Shown one piece after another: positions 43,057-47,062 of a DNA stretch of 47,062 nucleotides; the stretch's first letter is position 1; every line of letters starts with the position of its first letter. The translations under genes and the position numbers were made by a program. Under the pieces are notes generated by a model. That model was not told where the DNA came from. It made no database searches and was given only the letters and a program-made list of their open reading frames with translations. Origin of the DNA: an uncultured Dehalococcoidia bacterium (lineage in GTDB: Bacteria > Chloroflexota > Dehalococcoidia > Lucifugimonadales > UBA3495); the NCBI GenBank assembly GCA_964451445.1, contig CAYVIG010000001.1, positions 1-47,062 of the forward strand. The letters run 5' to 3'.

Positions 43057-44255
43057 TATTTTCTTTTTCCAGTAACGCTAACTGCTAACCCACCTGGTGA
43101 GTAATCATATTCTAAATCAGTGGGTTTTAACAGTTCTGATAATCTATCTTGCTCGGTAAATAATTCTTCTAATGTCATATCTTGCCCGGAGCCTAATTGA
43201 TTTCTCATTAAATTTTGTCTTTGAGAGGCTAGTGGGTCTTCAGGTCCTCCCATCATATCTTGTTGAATAGTACTTTCAGACATTGGCATCTCATCTATAT
43301 TAAGCTCATCTGGTTGCAGTTCTTCGTAAGGCAACTCAGGTCTCATACCTCTCTTATCATTAGAAGCCCATAAATCTTCTAAGCTAAAACCCTCATCAAA
43401 TACGCCTTCTTCTACACCTTGTGCAATTTTTAGACGTTGGTCACGTAATGGGTCTTTAGGACCTGCTCCAAATGAAGCTGGGTCAGTAAACCTTGCATCA
43501 ACACGAGCCTGGTCTACTGGAAACTGTTCTCTCATAGCTTGTTTTTCCCATTGTTCTTGAGAAATTTCTCTTCTTGCATGAGTATCTTTAATTAAGCCTC
43601 CATATTCTTCTTTACTTAATGGAGAAGTTGCCTCAGCTGCCTTCATTTGCTTGTACGTTTCTTCATTGTAAGGCTTCTTGCCATACTCTGGGGGTTCAGT
43701 TAAATCTATTTCACCTCTTAACTTCTTACTAAAAGCTTGAAAGTCTTCTCCTTTATCCATAGCAGATAATCCTTGACCACCTTCTCCCTTATATTGATAT
43801 GCTTGGAGTTCTTTAGTTGCTCCCCCATATAAATCACCTATTTTCTTATCACCTAAAAACGATTCCAAAGTACCAGTCTGAGCTTTTTCTCCTATATTCA
43901 TTAATTCGGAACCAGAATATTCCCACATACCATCGCCAGCTTTATACTTTTTATCTAAATCAACATTCTGTATACCAAAACCACGTAGTAGCTTATCTCC
44001 AAAACTAGCCTTCTCCATTTCTACGCCAGCTGCTTTAGCTCCTTGCTCAACCTTACCCCATGATTCGGTGTTCTGTTTAAAGCCAGCAGCTAAACTACCA
44101 AGAGATGATAGAATTGCCATTCTAGAAGCAGAATCCTCTTGTCTTTTTTTAGTGCCTAATCTATGAGCATACTGCGCACCTCTACTCGCCCCCCTACCCA
44201 TTGAAGTCTGGGCAGTTTGTCTACCCATCGCTATTTTACCTATGCCATTCGCCAT
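43056..44255 (-). CDS. Virion/ejection-type protein of unknown function (399 aa)
   Basis: ORF track. First gene after the long fibre gene. Confidence 0.85.
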   Translation of the reverse strand: MANGIGKIAMGRQTAQTSMGRGASRGAQYAHRLGTKKRQEDSASRMAILSSLGSLAAGFKQNTESWGKVEQGAKAAGVEMEKASFGDKLLRGFGIQNVDLDKKYKAGDGMWEYSGSELMNIGEKAQTGTLESFLGDKKIGDLYGGATKELQAYQYKGEGGQGLSAMDKGEDFQAFSKKLRGEIDLTEPPEYGKKPYNEETYKQMKAAEATSPLSKEEYGGLIKDTHARREISQEQWEKQAMREQFPVDQARVDARFTDPASFGAGPKDPLRDQRLKIAQGVEEGVFDEGFSLEDLWASNDKRGMRPELPYEELQPDELNIDEMPMSESTIQQDMMGGPEDPLASQRQNLMRNQLGSGQDMTLEELFTEQDRLSELLKPTDLEYDYSPGGLAVSVTGKRK

Positions 44256-44321
44256 AATTGACCTAATTTACTGCTTTTTCCCTATTAATAATAAGATGTT
44301 TCATCATCAATCTCTACTGTT

Positions 44322-47062
44322 TTATCCACAATGATATGTACATCCTACAAACTGTTTCTTATATGTTTGACTATTATGTTCAAAATCTGTTCCTCCACTA
44401 AAGTCGCAATCCTGTGTTATTTTAGCTACTGTATAGTTATGAAGCAAGTCATCATCTTGCTTTTGACCTAAACCAGCTGCCGTGCTGGTAGTAATATAAT
44501 CTCCATTTTCTAAATTTCCATTAAGATTTGTTACCCATATTCCACCTTCACCAAGTGAGTTAATAATAACCCTCTCATCATCTGTTGGTATATCATATAC
44601 TGATACAAATGTACCTTGTTGATATTCTCTTTCATTGTCTTCATGGGAAGATATAACTCCAAATACTCTTTTATCATTATTAGAATCAGATAATTCAATC
44701 ACAGGTAACGATTCGTTTATACTAGCAGATGTTCCATTATCAGATATATTATTATATTTACCATCAGCTCTTACAATATAACCTATCATAGCACCATATT
44801 GAGCTGCTGTCATTCCACTATTGCCTATACATCTATGTTGACCTGTAAAATCTATTTGCCCAACATTACTTGACCCCATATATCCTGAGCCTGTTACTTG
44901 GTTTCCATAATTATTGTATTTTTGAAAATAAAGATTATTACTAGAATTATTTTGCATTGTCCATCTACTATCTTCATCAGTGCCAACTTCATCAGAGAAT
45001 ATAAGTTTTTTATATAAATGAGCATTTCCAGTACATACAAACGCATCATCAGCGTCAGCTTGTGAATTACTTGACATAGATGAAGGCAATGTTTCTGTAT
45101 TCGGTCCGAGTCTAGAATAAATTCCATTTCCTACCCAATGCATACCCGTATGGTTTAAATAACTTGCTTGTTTATACTCCCTAACATACATATGTGTAGT
45201 TTTAGTTGCGTTACCAAGACCGCCCTCATCATGCTCTCCTTTTACTTGTACTTTAAATGATGTAGCGTTCCCACTTGTATAATGTAAATACTTAACAATA
45301 GTGCTTCCTGAATTGCTAAAACTATGTGAGTCAAATGCTAATTGATACCATGTTCCACCAGAATACCCTAACACTTTAACATAAGTGGTACTATCACCTT
45401 GCATTGCATAAAATTCAATTCTTACTTGACACTGTCTACCTTTAACATGATTCCATGTTCCATAATTACCATCATCCCAACTCGCAGACTGCTCATCGTT
45501 GTCCCACGAATGCTCTTGGTCTGTACCGTGGTTAATTATAGTATTGTATCCAGGATTATCATCAGGGGGATTATCGTTATCATCAATAACAACTCTTGTG
45601 TAGTCATTTGAATCAATAAGAGAGATAGAATTAGCACTACCATCCATTACAATCCTATCTCCACTAGCTGCGGTTCTCACCGTTCTACCTGTTATTGTAC
45701 CCGCAACAATATCATCTGCATTAAGAGTACCTCTAATTGTCATTGTACCAGCTGAGCCATCCCATTTTACATGATTAGTACCATCTCCAATAGCTAAATC
45801 ATAATTGCTACTACCATCGTGACCTATAAATATTCCTGTTGTGTTATCCGCTATGCTAGTTTTACCATTTGTATATAATTTTCCACCAGTTCCTAATATT
45901 ATAGAATTTGTAACAGAAATACTTTGAGTAAATATATCATTAGCATCTACTTGATTAGCACCAACTGTTCCATGAACTATTAAATTACCATCTACAACTT
46001 GAGCAATAGATTCCCAAGAATCTCCATCCCAATATTTAGTAGTAGAAAAAGTATTTGCTTTAGACAATGTAACTGTATCTCTATCAACCTTAGTGTCACC
46101 TGCATTAGAGATTGCAGTATTTGCATCACTATCTGACCATGAGTTACCCGTTACTGTATAATAATAATGACGACTTCCACGAGTTCCCGGAGCCCCATTT
46201 GAACCAGGTGCCCCATCATCACCCGCAGGTCCTTGTGGACCAGTGTTACCCGTCTGACCTGTTTGCCCAGTCTGTCCAGTCTCTCCAGTCTCTCCTTGTG
46301 CTCCCGTATCTCCACTAAATTTACTTGGAGATGCCCAAGCAGTATCTATTGCATAGCTTCCTGAACCATTTGTTTGTTTCCATACTGATGTACTAGCATA
46401 TGTAAATTGTCCAGAAGATGGTGTAGATGGAGTATTAGACCATCCACTAGGAGGAGTCATTACTGCACTACTATTAACTGAGCCATTTGAAGGAGTAGAT
46501 GGAGCTGAACTACCATTCTTATATACATAAAATTGTTTGTATACATGACCATCTGAGCCAGGAGAGCCATTATTCCCAGGTGCTCCATCGTTCCCTTGTT
46601 GTCCTGTAGCTCCCTGGTCTGCTAATAAATCCCAATAACTTGAGCCTGAACTAGGAGTATTGCCTGTTGTTGATTGCAAAGCTATATAACTAGCACTCTG
46701 ATATACTACTGCATCATTCTTAACATAGGCTACACCAGCGTTATAAGTACCTTTCCATGTTATACCTGCTCCAACACTATCTCCATTTGTTAATATTAAT
46801 TGTCCTTTAACGTAAAGATTAGAGCCATCCCACGTTAATTTATCTCCGAGAGAAAATTTCCCAACTGTACTTCCACCAGACGCAGCTGCTCCTAGCCATA
46901 CATATTGATTGCTACTATTGTATCCACCACTACCTATACCAATAAAAGATGTATTTCCTACATTTTTTAAATAATTAGAACCAATTTCCCACCCCGCGTC
47001 ATTATCTCCTATAAATCCACTAGTAGCAGTAATCTTTCCTGTTAAATATACATCTTTACTGA
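44322..47062 (-). CDS. Long tail fibre with two collagen-like G-X-Y tracts (5' end off the right edge; >= 913 codons in the window)
   Basis: The reading frame stays open from 46679 to 47062, so the TTG start in the ORF track is an artefact. That extension translates ..GITWKGTYNAGVAYVKNDAVVYQSASYIALQSTTGNTPSSGSSYWDLLA, a classic fibre W-x-G-x-[WY] ... Y-W-x-L-[LI]-A repeat. G-X-Y tracts follow. Confidence 0.85.
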   Translation of the reverse strand, partial: SKDVYLTGKITATSGFIGDNDAGWEIGSNYLKNVGNTSFIGIGSGGYNSSNQYVWLGAAASGGSTVGKFSLGDKLTWDGSNLYVKGQLILTNGDSVGAGITWKGTYNAGVAYVKNDAVVYQSASYIALQSTTGNTPSSGSSYWDLLADQGATGQQGNDGAPGNNGSPGSDGHVYKQFYVYKNGSSAPSTPSNGSVNSSAVMTPPSGWSNTPSTPSSGQFTYASTSVWKQTNGSGSYAIDTAWASPSKFSGDTGAQGETGETGQTGQTGQTGNTGPQGPAGDDGAPGSNGAPGTRGSRHYYYTVTGNSWSDSDANTAISNAGDTKVDRDTVTLSKANTFSTTKYWDGDSWESIAQVVDGNLIVHGTVGANQVDANDIFTQSISVTNSIILGTGGKLYTNGKTSIADNTTGIFIGHDGSSNYDLAIGDGTNHVKWDGSAGTMTIRGTLNADDIVAGTITGRTVRTAASGDRIVMDGSANSISLIDSNDYTRVVIDDNDNPPDDNPGYNTIINHGTDQEHSWDNDEQSASWDDGNYGTWNHVKGRQCQVRIEFYAMQGDSTTYVKVLGYSGGTWYQLAFDSHSFSNSGSTIVKYLHYTSGNATSFKVQVKGEHDEGGLGNATKTTHMYVREYKQASYLNHTGMHWVGNGIYSRLGPNTETLPSSMSSNSQADADDAFVCTGNAHLYKKLIFSDEVGTDEDSRWTMQNNSSNNLYFQKYNNYGNQVTGSGYMGSSNVGQIDFTGQHRCIGNSGMTAAQYGAMIGYIVRADGKYNNISDNGTSASINESLPVIELSDSNNDKRVFGVISSHEDNEREYQQGTFVSVYDIPTDDERVIINSLGEGGIWVTNLNGNLENGDYITTSTAAGLGQKQDDDLLHNYTVAKITQDCDFSGGTDFEHNSQTYKKQFVGCTYHCG
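46176..46313 (-). repeat. Collagen-like tract, 15 G-X-Y triplets plus a closing Gly (GDTGAQGETGETGQTGQTGQTGNTGPQGPAGDDGAPGSNGAPGTRG)
   Basis: Read from the translation. It includes near-identical 9-nt DNA units (GGxCAGACx x3, GGAGAGACT x2). Confidence 0.9.
46548..46613 (-). repeat. Collagen-like tract, 7 G-X-Y triplets plus a closing Gly (GATGQQGNDGAPGNNGSPGSDG)
   Basis: Read from the translation. Confidence 0.85.

Noticed and set aside
46677-46679. TTG start assigned by the ORF track to the 785-aa fibre ORF
   Set aside because: The frame stays open upstream to the window edge, and the upstream translation is clearly fibre-like (WKGTYNAGVAYVKNDAVVYQSASY..). The real start is therefore elsewhere, apparently at 118 across the junction.
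1-47062. Stop-codon reassignment (TAG or TGA recoding), as seen in some crAss-like phages
   Set aside because: All large genes, including the 3030-aa ORF, are intact under the standard code, and gene boundaries fit SD sites.
1-47062. CRISPR arrays, integrase/attachment sites, transposases or a lysogeny module
   Set aside because: I saw no regularly spaced direct repeats and no tyrosine or serine recombinase motifs. I also saw no repressor/antirepressor pair beyond one small HTH protein. The genome looks strictly lytic, though this is a by-eye assessment.

Overview
The window reads as a complete or near-complete genome of a tailed dsDNA phage. It is AT-rich (mid-30s % GC by eye) and uses the standard genetic code. 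Almost every gene has an AAGGAG-type Shine-Dalgarno, so the host likely uses canonical SD-dependent translation. Two transcription arms diverge from a 180-bp control region (15452-15631) and converge tail-to-tail at 27753-27775.

Leftward arm (15451 -> 1, apparently continuing in frame through the window junction to 47062 -> 27753): packaging genes (small-terminase candidates, a Zn-ribbon metallophosphoesterase, TerL), an SLT-like hydrolase, portal, scaffold and major capsid protein. These are followed by a 790-aa repeat-built fibrous protein, small connector/tail proteins and two tail fibres. Last comes a translationally coupled block of six large ejection/cargo-type proteins, including a 3030-aa giant.

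Rightward arm (15632-27775): about 30 small early/middle genes. They include a recombination/replication set: ParB-like protein, Cas4-like PD-(D/E)XK exonuclease, Rad52-like annealing protein, SSB-like protein, DUF932-like protein, Dam methyltransferase, DnaB-type helicase and RuvC-like resolvase. Unusually long, structured non-coding gaps interrupt this arm.

The main finding is that the giant ORF carries both the beta-like (GRHxKxG ... NPxxxPxxSxR) and beta-prime-like (RxP ... DADFDFD) double-psi beta-barrel signatures of cellular-type RNA polymerases. This suggests a single-polypeptide, virion-delivered RNAP of the crAss-like/YonO type.

I recognised no tRNA, rRNA, CRISPR array, integrase, transposase, DNA polymerase or primase. 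All functional calls rest on motifs read by eye. No database search was run.
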